Assembly (NCBI GenBank): GCA_042571125.1
Contig: JBHPFU010000001.1
Span: 1,225 to 65,224, forward strand
DNA: 64,000 bases
DNA from: Nanobdellota archaeon
GTDB lineage: Archaea; Nanobdellota; Nanobdellia; Woesearchaeales; UBA10107
Reading direction: 5' to 3'
The notes below the pieces were generated by a model. It was not told the origin of the DNA. It saw only the letters and a list, made by a program, of their open reading frames with translations, and searched no databases. The position numbers and the translations under genes were made by a program. How positions within the stretch are numbered: the stretch's first letter is position 1; each line of letters begins with the position of its first letter. Shown in pieces: positions 37,328 through 45,301 of the stretch.

Positions 37328-37782
37328 AATTTCCCTCTTTTCACAAGATTTTCTATCTTCTTAAGTTTTTGATTTCTTCTAACACGTCTTTTTGCTCCTG
37401 AAAACTTTGTTTTTAGCCAAACATCAGCTATCTTTTTTGCGTCTTTTTCTTTTACTCCCCATCCTGACAGAGCTAAAATATTAGAATCATTAACTTCTCT
37501 TGAAGTTTTTGCACATTTTGTATCTGAACAAAGAGCAGCTCTTATCCCTGGGATCTTATTAGCGGCCATACTCATCCCAATCCCTGTCCCGCAAATGAGG
37601 ATGCCTTTTCCTTTTGTTGCTTTTACTTTTTTACAAACAGTTAATGCATGTTCAGGATAATCATCTCCTTCTTTGCATTCAGGAGATAGGTCTTCAATCT
37701 TATATTTTTTTGCTAAATATACTTTTAATTTTTCTTTTAATTTAAATCCTGCATGATCCGAACCGATATAGATTTTAGACAT
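37324..37782 (-). CDS. rpiB: ribose-5-phosphate isomerase B
   Basis: IYIGSDHAGFKLKEKL...GILICGTGIGMSMAANK. Confidence 0.85.
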   Translation of the reverse strand: MSKIYIGSDHAGFKLKEKLKVYLAKKYKIEDLSPECKEGDDYPEHALTVCKKVKATKGKGILICGTGIGMSMAANKIPGIRAALCSDTKCAKTSREVNDSNILALSGWGVKEKDAKKIADVWLKTKFSGAKRRVRRNQKLKKIENLVKRGKL

Positions 37783-38638
37783 TTTTAATCGCCTCAGCTA
37801 TTGTTCCAGAAACATCTATCCTAGAAGCATTTCCAGGGATGGTGTTTGTTGCTATAACTTTTCCATGTTTTTTTAATCTTTGAAGAGCATTGTTAACAAA
37901 AACACCATGAACAGCAATACAGTAAACACCTTTTGGTCCTAATTTTTTTGCTTGCTTTAACGCCTCAACCATTGTTCCGCCTGTGCTTATGATATCATCA
38001 ACAATAACTAGATTCTTATTTTTCAAGTCTGTATGAATCTTGCTTACATGAACTCTTCTTGCTGTGTATCTCTTTTTTTCTAGAATTGTAGCTTTTGCTT
38101 TTATCAGCTTAGCAACAGCCTCTGCCCATTGGAAACTTTCCTTGTCTGGCCCTACAATTACTGGATTTTTTATGTTTTTTTTGATATAAGATGCAATATC
38201 TTTCACAGATGTTACACGAACACCTTTCTTGAACAGTTGTTTTATTTTTTTTATTCTATGCAGGTGAGGATCAACAATAAAAACTTTATCAAAAACATCG
38301 AATAATTTTGAAGTAATCCTCGCGCTTATACATTCACCTGGCTTGAATCTTTTGTCTTCTCTTAGATAAGCAAAATAAGGTGCAGCTAAAATAACTTTTT
38401 TAACTTTCAAATCTTTTGCAGTGTAAGCAGCAAATAATGTTTGGATTATTCTTTCATTTATGTTGCCATGGAATGATTGCACAAGAACTATTTTTTTATT
38501 TTTTACATCTTTTAGAAAGCGAATATGCAACTCACCATCTGGAAACTTCTTTACAGATAATGTAGAATAACTTGCTTTTGCCTTATTGGCTATCTTCCTA
38601 GCTAGGTTTTCGCTTCCAGGACAGCCTATCACCAACAT
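37775..38638 (-). CDS. prs: ribose-phosphate pyrophosphokinase (PRPP synthetase)
   Basis: FPDGELHIRF, VDPHLH, LVIVDDIISTGGTM. Confidence 0.9.
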   Translation of the reverse strand: MLVIGCPGSENLARKIANKAKASYSTLSVKKFPDGELHIRFLKDVKNKKIVLVQSFHGNINERIIQTLFAAYTAKDLKVKKVILAAPYFAYLREDKRFKPGECISARITSKLFDVFDKVFIVDPHLHRIKKIKQLFKKGVRVTSVKDIASYIKKNIKNPVIVGPDKESFQWAEAVAKLIKAKATILEKKRYTARRVHVSKIHTDLKNKNLVIVDDIISTGGTMVEALKQAKKLGPKGVYCIAVHGVFVNNALQRLKKHGKVIATNTIPGNASRIDVSGTIAEAIKNV

Positions 38639-38712
38639 TTTATAAAATTAGCATTTGAGCTTTTATAAATCTTTTCAAAAATTATATAAAGCGCCTCTCT
38701 ATCCCCAGTTTA

Positions 38713-39615
38713 ATGCCATTAAAAAAAACACAGAAAATCTGGATGAACGGGTCTTTCATACCCTGGGATAAAGCTAATACTCATATCCTCACACATACTC
38801 TACATTATGGTTCTGGTGTTTTCGAAGGAATTCGTTGCTATAAAACAGATGAAGGATCTGTTGTTTTTAGATTAAAAGATCATGTTAAAAGATTGTTTGA
38901 TTCTGCAAAAGCTCTTAAAATCAAGATGCCTTATACGCAAACCCAGACAATAGATAGTATTCTTGAAACAATTAGAGTAAATAAGATAGACTCGTGCTAT
39001 ATCAGACCTATTGTGTATTTTGGTTACGGGGAGATGGGGTTAAGCACAAAACAGAGCAAGGTTGATTTTGCTATTGTTGCTTGGCCTTGGGGAACCTATC
39101 TTGGAGAAGAAGCATTAAGAAAAGGAATAAAGCTTAAAATGAGTGATTACAAGCGTTATAACGGCCCATTAAACAAGGCAAAAATAACTGGAAATTATTA
39201 TAATTCCACATTAGCGAAAGTTGATGCACTTAATACGGGATATGATGAAGCAATAATGCTTGATGATAGAGGATTTGTTGCAGAAGGGACAGGAGAAAAT
39301 CTTTTTATGATTAAAGATAATGTTTTGATGACCCCTAAAGAAGGTTCTATTCTTTGCGGGATAACAAGAGATTCGATTATGCAGATTGCAAAAGATCAAG
39401 GGATGAGAGTAAAAGAGTGTTATATTGCTCCAAGACAATTGAAGAACGCAGATGAAGCATTCCTTACAGGAACTGCAGCAGAAGTTACACCAATTAGATC
39501 TATTGATGGTAAAAAATTAAAAGCAATTGCACGATGTTTAGAACTTCAAAAAACATTCTTTGATGCAGCTAATGGAAAAGACGAAAAGTATTCTCATTGG
39601 CTAACCTTTGTTTAA
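38713..39615 (+). CDS. ilvE: branched-chain amino acid aminotransferase (class IV)
   Basis: IWMNGSFIPWDKANTHILTHTLHYGSGVFEGIRCY...AKITGNYYNS...GITRDS...FLTGTAAEVTP. Confidence 0.9.
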   Translation: MPLKKTQKIWMNGSFIPWDKANTHILTHTLHYGSGVFEGIRCYKTDEGSVVFRLKDHVKRLFDSAKALKIKMPYTQTQTIDSILETIRVNKIDSCYIRPIVYFGYGEMGLSTKQSKVDFAIVAWPWGTYLGEEALRKGIKLKMSDYKRYNGPLNKAKITGNYYNSTLAKVDALNTGYDEAIMLDDRGFVAEGTGENLFMIKDNVLMTPKEGSILCGITRDSIMQIAKDQGMRVKECYIAPRQLKNADEAFLTGTAAEVTPIRSIDGKKLKAIARCLELQKTFFDAANGKDEKYSHWLTFV

Positions 39616-40034
39616 TACTTCTTTCCACCGCAAGTGTGCTCTGCTTGTAATATTCTTCTAGTTCCGTCTTCCGAGATTTCATCTGTTACTTCGGGTTCTT
39701 CCTCAAGTTTTCTTCTAACAGATATGCAATTTAAGACAGTAGCAAGATCTTTTCCTACTTTTTTTCTTGCTTTTTTTGCTTCTCGAGTTTTGTATCTTAA
39801 AAAGTATTTTAATGTTATTTTATGGTATGTCTCACCAATTCGCTCTGACGCTTCTTTTGTTAACCTGACATTTCTACGTTTTACACCATGTGAGAAAAGA
39901 TTAATAACTGCTTGAGCAAGATTTTTTTCAAGATACTTGCCATCTTCAAATTCTCTGCCCCATTTATTATATTTTGTTCCAAGCTCTCTCAATCTAATCT
40001 TGCCTTTTTTTACATAAATCTGATAGTAATTCAT
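39612..40034 (-). CDS. hypothetical basic protein (140 aa)
   Basis: ORF with ATG start. Lys/Arg-rich. No motif recognised. Confidence 0.45.
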   Translation of the reverse strand: MNYYQIYVKKGKIRLRELGTKYNKWGREFEDGKYLEKNLAQAVINLFSHGVKRRNVRLTKEASERIGETYHKITLKYFLRYKTREAKKARKKVGKDLATVLNCISVRRKLEEEPEVTDEISEDGTRRILQAEHTCGGKKY

Positions 40035-40158
40035 TTTTACTTACTCTCGTGCTCCTCTTCGCTGAAACTTTCTGATTCTTCATCCATTTTTTACCTCCAG
40101 TATAGTCCTCTCTCAAGCTTCAATCAGAACGACAAAAGCTTAGAAGGACAATGAACTA

Positions 40159-40209
40159 TTATTGCGCCGCTGCTGCGGGAATTGTTACGCACATAGTTCT
40201 AATTTTCAT
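40159..40209 (-). CDS. candidate 16-aa micro-ORF headed by repeat copy 1
   Basis: Own translation MKIRTMCVTIPAAAAQ. The ATG is the last 3 nt of the 42-bp repeat, about 25 nt after its TATA-like box. Confidence 0.2.
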   Translation of the reverse strand: MKIRTMCVTIPAAAAQ

Positions 40210-40248
40210 GTTGCTCTTTTGGGAACCGAGCTTATATTTAAAGTTTAC
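40207..40248 (-). repeat. 42-bp promoter-like direct repeat, copy 1
   Basis: Plus strand catgttgctcttttgggaaccgagcttatatttaaagtttac. 39/42 identical to copy 2. Minus sense reads TTTAAATA, then 25 nt, then ATG. Confidence 0.8.
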
Positions 40249-40576
40249 TATTTCCATATGCTTGTTTGACAAATAACTCTCTGAAATATTGAGCAACTTG
40301 TGCACATATTTCTCCATTGTATTTGCTTGTTGTAGAAGAATAAGGAACAACAACATCCCATGGCTGCTCATGATCTCTTAGCCACGTATTGTATTCTCTT
40401 TTGCTCCATTTCTTCTTGAACTGCATTGTTTTTATATCAAAATCATGGTTAAAACTAATTCTGAAATCAATAGTGTCGCCATTATATCTTGCTTTGCCTA
40501 GATAAAGGTTGTTTGTTTCTGTAGGGTGTTCAACAGAATCTTCCAGGATTATAATCTTAGGTTTAGTTTTTGACAT
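40238..40576 (-). CDS. hypothetical protein (112 aa)
   Basis: ATG at 40576 is preceded by GAGGT. The track start at 40588 is a TTG. No motif recognised. Confidence 0.5.
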   Translation of the reverse strand: MSKTKPKIIILEDSVEHPTETNNLYLGKARYNGDTIDFRISFNHDFDIKTMQFKKKWSKREYNTWLRDHEQPWDVVVPYSSTTSKYNGEICAQVAQYFRELFVKQAYGNSKL

Positions 40577-40614
40577 TTCAGACCTCAATAGAATTTGAAT
40601 ATTGAAGGCCCTAT

Positions 40615-40686
40615 TTACAGGACCATTAGCACAGCAAGGACTAAATTAACAGAATTTCTTAATCCAATAACATCCTTTTGTGCCAT
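40615..40686 (-). CDS. candidate 23-aa hydrophobic-tailed micro-ORF headed by repeat copy 2
   Basis: Own translation MAQKDVIGLRNSVNLVLAVLMVL. The ATG is the last 3 nt of the repeat. Confidence 0.2.
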   Translation of the reverse strand: MAQKDVIGLRNSVNLVLAVLMVL

Positions 40687-40725
40687 GTTGCTCTTTTGGG
40701 AACCGAGCGTGTATTTAAAGGTTAC
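40684..40725 (-). repeat. 42-bp promoter-like direct repeat, copy 2
   Basis: Plus strand catgttgctcttttgggaaccgagcgtgtatttaaaggttac. Confidence 0.8.
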
Positions 40726-40783
40726 GAAATTTGGAAAATTTCGGGACCACACTGAGCTTTGCTCAACTTTGTTTTTGTAAAAA

Positions 40784-41057
40784 GTAGGCAGGAACGCCCA
40801 AAAATGGACATAAAACCATACCATTGGCAACCCTAATCCTTCCTCAACCCTGCGACCCCATTAGCATTAGCAACCATGGTTAGTGCTGCTCGGTTCCCCG
40901 CCTGACACATTTCTCATAGAGGTAATCCAATGGGACAAGGTCTCATAGTAGTGATTAAGACCAATAATAAGGCAAAATGCCTCTTTTTAGGCTTCAGCTC
41001 CGCGTAAAGCCCGTTCACGGTAACAAGAGAGGGCTAACCTCCCAGCCTATCCTACCC
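40784..41057 (-). ncRNA. ffs: signal recognition particle RNA (archaeal 7S type)
   Basis: GC-rich island. Minus sense starts GGGTAGGATAGGCTGGGAGGTTAGCCC...TGTTAC. Helix-8 motif GTCAGGCGGGGAACCGAGCAGCAC with GGAA tetraloop. 5'/3' pairing GTAGG/CCTAC, followed by TTTTT. Confidence 0.8.
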
Positions 41058-41078
41058 AAAATAAGAGTATATTAGAGG

Positions 41079-41086
41079 TTTTTAAA
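41079..41086 (-). promoter_or_regulatory. TATA-like box for SRP RNA
   Basis: Minus sense TTTAAAAA lies about 21 nt upstream of the GGG start. Confidence 0.5.
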
Positions 41087-41095
41087 GTTTTTGGC

Positions 41096-41980
41096 TTATA
41101 ATATAAGAACAATCAGATACCCAACAATACATCCAATACTTAAGAAAGGCATTGCAGGATAAAACTTATCTTTCTCAGCTTTAATTAATAACCAACCTAA
41201 AGCAACTGTTGTTGTCAAAGGAATTATCAATGATTTCAGAAAACCAATTAAAATAGGATTTGTTAACATTAAACCTTTCATAACTACGCCTGCAAATATC
41301 AGCGGGAATCCAATATCCCCTCCGCCAAGAACTGCGGTTTTTACTTTTACTAATTTTCCTTTCCCTTTCTTAGGTTTTTTTGGAATTCTGTAAGGGATCA
41401 ATAATCCTGCAAACATTTTTGATTTTGTCTGGAATTTAGCAAGTTTAATCATATGTTTTGATTTCCATACGGCATATGCATCATAACCAGAAATCAAAAT
41501 CAATAAAACAAACGCAGCAAATAAATTAATTATAGGAACAAAAATCGCAGCCAATCCTCCATAGATGAACATTTCTGTTAAATTGTGAATGTAAATATTT
41601 GGTCTAACTACTTTCCATAAAGCAAGAACAACAGCAAGAATAACTGCAGCGAACTGTCCAATAAACGCATTAAATGCAACTGTTAATGTCATAAACACAG
41701 CTAAAAAGAACCATAATTTCCAAAGGGTCATCTGTTTGAAATGCATTATTACGAAAACTAATGCTGTTGCAATAATTATTGCAGTAATTATGTAAGCAAA
41801 AGAAAAACTTTCATCTATCTGCGGTCTTTCAACATCATATGGAAGAGATTTAAAAGAAGCTTCTCCTGTTTCAGCTGTTTTTTCATGATCTATGTAATTG
41901 TTTGTAATACCGAGCCCGATTATTTGCGCAGATAGAAAAATAGCAATCAAAATTAATGTTGCTCTTAAGCTATGCTTCAT
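41096..41980 (-). CDS. presenilin/signal-peptide-peptidase-like intramembrane aspartyl protease
   Basis: Polytopic. YD (ISGYDAYAVW), GxGD (LGGGDIGFPL) and a PAL-like motif (YPAMPFL). Confidence 0.75.
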   Translation of the reverse strand: MKHSLRATLILIAIFLSAQIIGLGITNNYIDHEKTAETGEASFKSLPYDVERPQIDESFSFAYIITAIIIATALVFVIMHFKQMTLWKLWFFLAVFMTLTVAFNAFIGQFAAVILAVVLALWKVVRPNIYIHNLTEMFIYGGLAAIFVPIINLFAAFVLLILISGYDAYAVWKSKHMIKLAKFQTKSKMFAGLLIPYRIPKKPKKGKGKLVKVKTAVLGGGDIGFPLIFAGVVMKGLMLTNPILIGFLKSLIIPLTTTVALGWLLIKAEKDKFYPAMPFLSIGCIVGYLIVLIL

Positions 41981-42056
41981 ACCTTATTTTACAAATCGCT
42001 TATTTATTAAGTTTTCCTAAGAAACCTTTATAAATAAAATAATATAATGTAGATAT

Positions 42057-43145
42057 ATGACAAAGATCATTGATCCATGGGGATCTGTTTTGGTAGAGGA
42101 CTACAATAAGATTGCAAATGACTTCGGATTAGAAGCGTTTGATCAGAAGCAGTTTCCAAAACCAAACAGATTAATGCGAAGGGAAGTTGTATTCGCTGGA
42201 CGGGATATGAAACAGATAGCTAATGCTATAAAGAAGAAAAAACCTTTTTATGTTTTGTCTGGAATCATGCCTTCTGCTGAAAAAATACATTTTGGAAATA
42301 AGATGGTCATAGAAAACATAAGATACTTCCAAGATAGAGGCGCAAAGGCATTTATTTTGGTTGCTGACTTAGAATCATCAGCAACAAGAGGGATATCATT
42401 AAAAGAAGCTCAAAAAAGAGCATTAAATTTTCACATCCCTGCATACATAGCATTAGGATTAGATCCAAAAAAAACATTCTTCTATTTCCAGTCTGAAAAT
42501 AAAGAAGTAATGAACGCATCATTTGAATATGCTAAAAAAATAACACTAAATGAATTCAAGGCAATATATGGTTCAGCAGACCCAAGCAAGATTATGTCTG
42601 CAGTAACACAAGTTGCAGATATTCTTTATCCTCAATTTAAAGAAAGAATGCCAGGAGTAATCCCTGTTGGAATTGACCAAGATCCACACATAAGATTAAC
42701 AAGAGATGTTGTAAACAGGATGAAACAAAAGAAATTCTTCTTGCCAAGCTCTATCTATCATAAATTCACGCCATCTTTGGATGGTTCTCTAAAAATGTCA
42801 AAATCAAAACCAGAGAGCGTTATCGAACTTCCAGAATCTGTAAAAGATGTTACAAGAAAGTTAAAAAGAGCGAAAACTGGTGGCAGGGAAACAGCAGAAG
42901 AACAAAGAAAAAAAGGCGGAGAGCCAGAAAAATGCATGATATTCGAATTATACAAACAACATTTAATTGAAGATGACAAGGAACTTAATAAAATATTCAG
43001 CGACTGTAAGGCAGGAAAACTGACGTGTGGAGAAGACAAAGAAAAAGCATGCGAATTAATGAAGAAATTTATGGGAGATTTCAATAAAAACCTGGAAAAA
43101 ACAAGGAAAGATATAAATAAACTAAAATTTATTAAATTTAAATAA
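42057..43145 (+). CDS. trpS: tryptophanyl-tRNA synthetase (archaeal/eukaryotic type)
   Basis: Class I. N-terminal IDPWGSVLVEDYNKI..FGL, HIGH-like KIHFGN, KMSKS (LKMSKSKPES). TyrRS not fully excluded. Confidence 0.75.
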   Translation: MTKIIDPWGSVLVEDYNKIANDFGLEAFDQKQFPKPNRLMRREVVFAGRDMKQIANAIKKKKPFYVLSGIMPSAEKIHFGNKMVIENIRYFQDRGAKAFILVADLESSATRGISLKEAQKRALNFHIPAYIALGLDPKKTFFYFQSENKEVMNASFEYAKKITLNEFKAIYGSADPSKIMSAVTQVADILYPQFKERMPGVIPVGIDQDPHIRLTRDVVNRMKQKKFFLPSSIYHKFTPSLDGSLKMSKSKPESVIELPESVKDVTRKLKRAKTGGRETAEEQRKKGGEPEKCMIFELYKQHLIEDDKELNKIFSDCKAGKLTCGEDKEKACELMKKFMGDFNKNLEKTRKDINKLKFIKFK

Positions 43146-43158
43146 AAGAGGTGAAAAT

Positions 43159-43359
43159 ATGTTTGAAACATTCAAAGCAGCACCATTAAGCGGAAGTTTC
43201 ATGATAACGTCAATGTTAGGATTTCTACTGACAGTTATCTATTATGACAATGTAGGAGACACTTGGGGCTTTACACTTGCGCTGTTTTTTATAATAATGT
43301 TCATTGCGTCATTTATCTCAATGACATATGGTCCTGTGCCAGAAAAAGAAATAAAGTGA
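43159..43359 (+). CDS. 66-aa two-TM membrane protein
   Basis: GAGGTGA SD upstream. Hydrophobic. Confidence 0.5.
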   Translation: MFETFKAAPLSGSFMITSMLGFLLTVIYYDNVGDTWGFTLALFFIIMFIASFISMTYGPVPEKEIK

Positions 43360-44676
43360 TTATTCTCCAACCTTTTTTTCTCTAATTGCGATAGGTGCTT
43401 CGCCGCCATGCCATGTAAATCTTGGCCGTATACGCATAGGATACATTCTTTCATTTGTATCATCAAAAATAATCCCTGCACCTTTGACTCCGGGTAATTT
43501 GTCTAGTTCTTGAACAAGACCTGTTCTCATATAACTCTGCATCAATGCGCCAAGAGCTTCAACATCTAATTTTGCGGTAATTCTGTGTGATAAGACAGTA
43601 TCGCTTTGAGTCATAACATCTGTATGTATCTTTCCTGGCTGCTGTGTTGCTAGAATCAACGAAATTCCAGGCTGTCTACCTTCTCGTAATATAGTTATAA
43701 GGGCTTCAGAAGCAGCAGTTTTACCTTCTACTGGCAAAAATTCGTGAGCCTCATCAATAACAAGCCAAACCATTGGAAATTCTGCCTTTTTCTTTTTTTC
43801 TTCACCAAAGAAATGAACAGCAGAATGAATTTCTTCATATTCTTCTTTTTTTCTTGCAATCATTCTTTCGATAAACAATTTTTGCGCGATCAAACCCACA
43901 ACCAACGCTTTAATCCCCCATGCGCCAGGAATTGTTGCATAACATGAAACATCAAGAATCGTTACTTGTCCGCCCTTTGCAATCTCTTTTAGTTCTGTTC
44001 CTTTTGTATCAAACAATCCCCAGTTTTCTGCATTCAAGAATAAGTTTTCAACAGAAGCTTTTGTATTTTCATCAACTTTTTCATCTTTATTTACTTCTTC
44101 ACGAAGATCTTCTAAAGAATAATTTTTACCGGCCTTATTCAATCTATTAACAACTCTTTGAAGCAGAACGCCCATTGGAGAATTTTCATCAATATCAAAT
44201 GTCAAGCACCAATCACGGCCTGCAAGTTCGTTTGGTCTTATTGAAAACGGAAAATCTGTAGGAATCCCTTGGTCTTTATAAGTATTATAGTAACCTACTG
44301 GAGTGTATATTTGTACATCAAGTGCCTTTGCTTCAAGCCCCCAATCTCTAAGCAAGGCATCATCTTTTTTATTATCATACTTCATTGTCCAATAAACGCC
44401 CATTGTGTCAAGGAAAATAATAGAAATATTCTGCTTTATCTCTGGAGGAAGGTCGGCAACCCCTTCTGCAATAACGCCCATGGTATAAGATTTACCAGAT
44501 CCTCTTTTCCCACATATAAATACAACGTGACTTCTTGTAACATCCATGAATATTTTGCCAGAAAGAGAAGTGGTTTGACCCATCTTTACAAAATGTTTAC
44601 CAATAAAGATTGTACCTTTTGTTCCATACTTTTCTCTATCTCTTTCGGATCTACCAATTACGATATCATAAGGCAT
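43360..44676 (-). CDS. HerA/FtsK-like P-loop ATPase (DUF87-type)
   Basis: Walker A ICGKRGSGKSYT, Walker B VWLVIDEAHEFLP, ILATQQP. Confidence 0.75.
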   Translation of the reverse strand: MPYDIVIGRSERDREKYGTKGTIFIGKHFVKMGQTTSLSGKIFMDVTRSHVVFICGKRGSGKSYTMGVIAEGVADLPPEIKQNISIIFLDTMGVYWTMKYDNKKDDALLRDWGLEAKALDVQIYTPVGYYNTYKDQGIPTDFPFSIRPNELAGRDWCLTFDIDENSPMGVLLQRVVNRLNKAGKNYSLEDLREEVNKDEKVDENTKASVENLFLNAENWGLFDTKGTELKEIAKGGQVTILDVSCYATIPGAWGIKALVVGLIAQKLFIERMIARKKEEYEEIHSAVHFFGEEKKKKAEFPMVWLVIDEAHEFLPVEGKTAASEALITILREGRQPGISLILATQQPGKIHTDVMTQSDTVLSHRITAKLDVEALGALMQSYMRTGLVQELDKLPGVKGAGIIFDDTNERMYPMRIRPRFTWHGGEAPIAIREKKVGE

Positions 44677-44770
44677 ATATAGCCAGTTAAAAACGCTTTA
44701 TAAATATATTTTTAGAAACTTAACAGTAACAATAGAAAGATTTATTTATTAATTATTCTAAATTTGGCTT

Positions 44771-45301
44771 ATGGTAAGGAAAAGGAGGAAAAAGCAGGAT
44801 TATAGGCTTATTTCAACACTTTCTGTAGCATTTATACTCATTATCGCAATAATAATCTCAAATCCAGATATATTAAAATCAAGAGAGGTTGCTGCAGAAG
44901 TTAATGGAGAAGCGATATTACTTTCTGAAATTAATGAACAGTACGATTCTTTGCCAGAAGAATATACCTCTTCTGTAACAAAAGAGGCGATTTTACAAAA
45001 TGCTATTGAAATGGTTTTATTAAGACAAGAAGCAGAGGCGCAGGGAATTACAATAAGCAATGAACAGTTTAATGCTTTGCTTGATCAGGCAATGGCCCAA
45101 GAAGAGATAACAAGAGAAGAACTAGAAAGTACTCTTAAAGCTCAAGGTAGAACTATCGAAGACATAAAAACCCAATTTATTATCAAAACTCTTATCGATC
45201 ATGCAATTTCAGAATCAGATGAAATAGGAAAACAATTAGCAATACAAAAATATGTTGAAAGCTTAATCCAGAAAGCAGACATACAAATATACCTGAAATG
45301 A
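44771..45301 (+). CDS. membrane-anchored SurA-N-like chaperone domain protein
   Basis: N-terminal TM, then VAAEVNGEAILLSEINEQY... helical domain resembling the SurA/PrsA N-terminal region. Confidence 0.45.
   Translation: MVRKRRKKQDYRLISTLSVAFILIIAIIISNPDILKSREVAAEVNGEAILLSEINEQYDSLPEEYTSSVTKEAILQNAIEMVLLRQEAEAQGITISNEQFNALLDQAMAQEEITREELESTLKAQGRTIEDIKTQFIIKTLIDHAISESDEIGKQLAIQKYVESLIQKADIQIYLK

Noticed and set aside
40159-40830. 70-aa and 71-aa minus-strand ORFs (40159-40371, 40615-40830) that share KY(K/T)LGSQKSNM.
   Set aside because: The shared peptide is just the translated 42-bp repeat. One ORF overlaps the 3' end of the 112-aa gene and the other overlaps the SRP RNA 3' end. The repeat fits a promoter-plus-ATG reading better.
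40871-40880. ccatggttgct in SRP RNA resembles ccatgttgct at the start of repeat copy 2, as a possible second shared segment.
   Set aside because: The match is imperfect (one indel) and short, and its order relative to the 11-mer differs. It is most likely coincidence.
39612-41095. Integrated mobile element next to the SRP RNA gene, with the 42-bp repeats as att sites.
   Set aside because: There is no integrase, transposase or terminal inverted repeat. The repeats do not overlap the SRP RNA gene itself, and the enclosed segment is under 500 bp. The promoter-duplication reading is favoured, and the islet idea is kept only as a low-interest finding.
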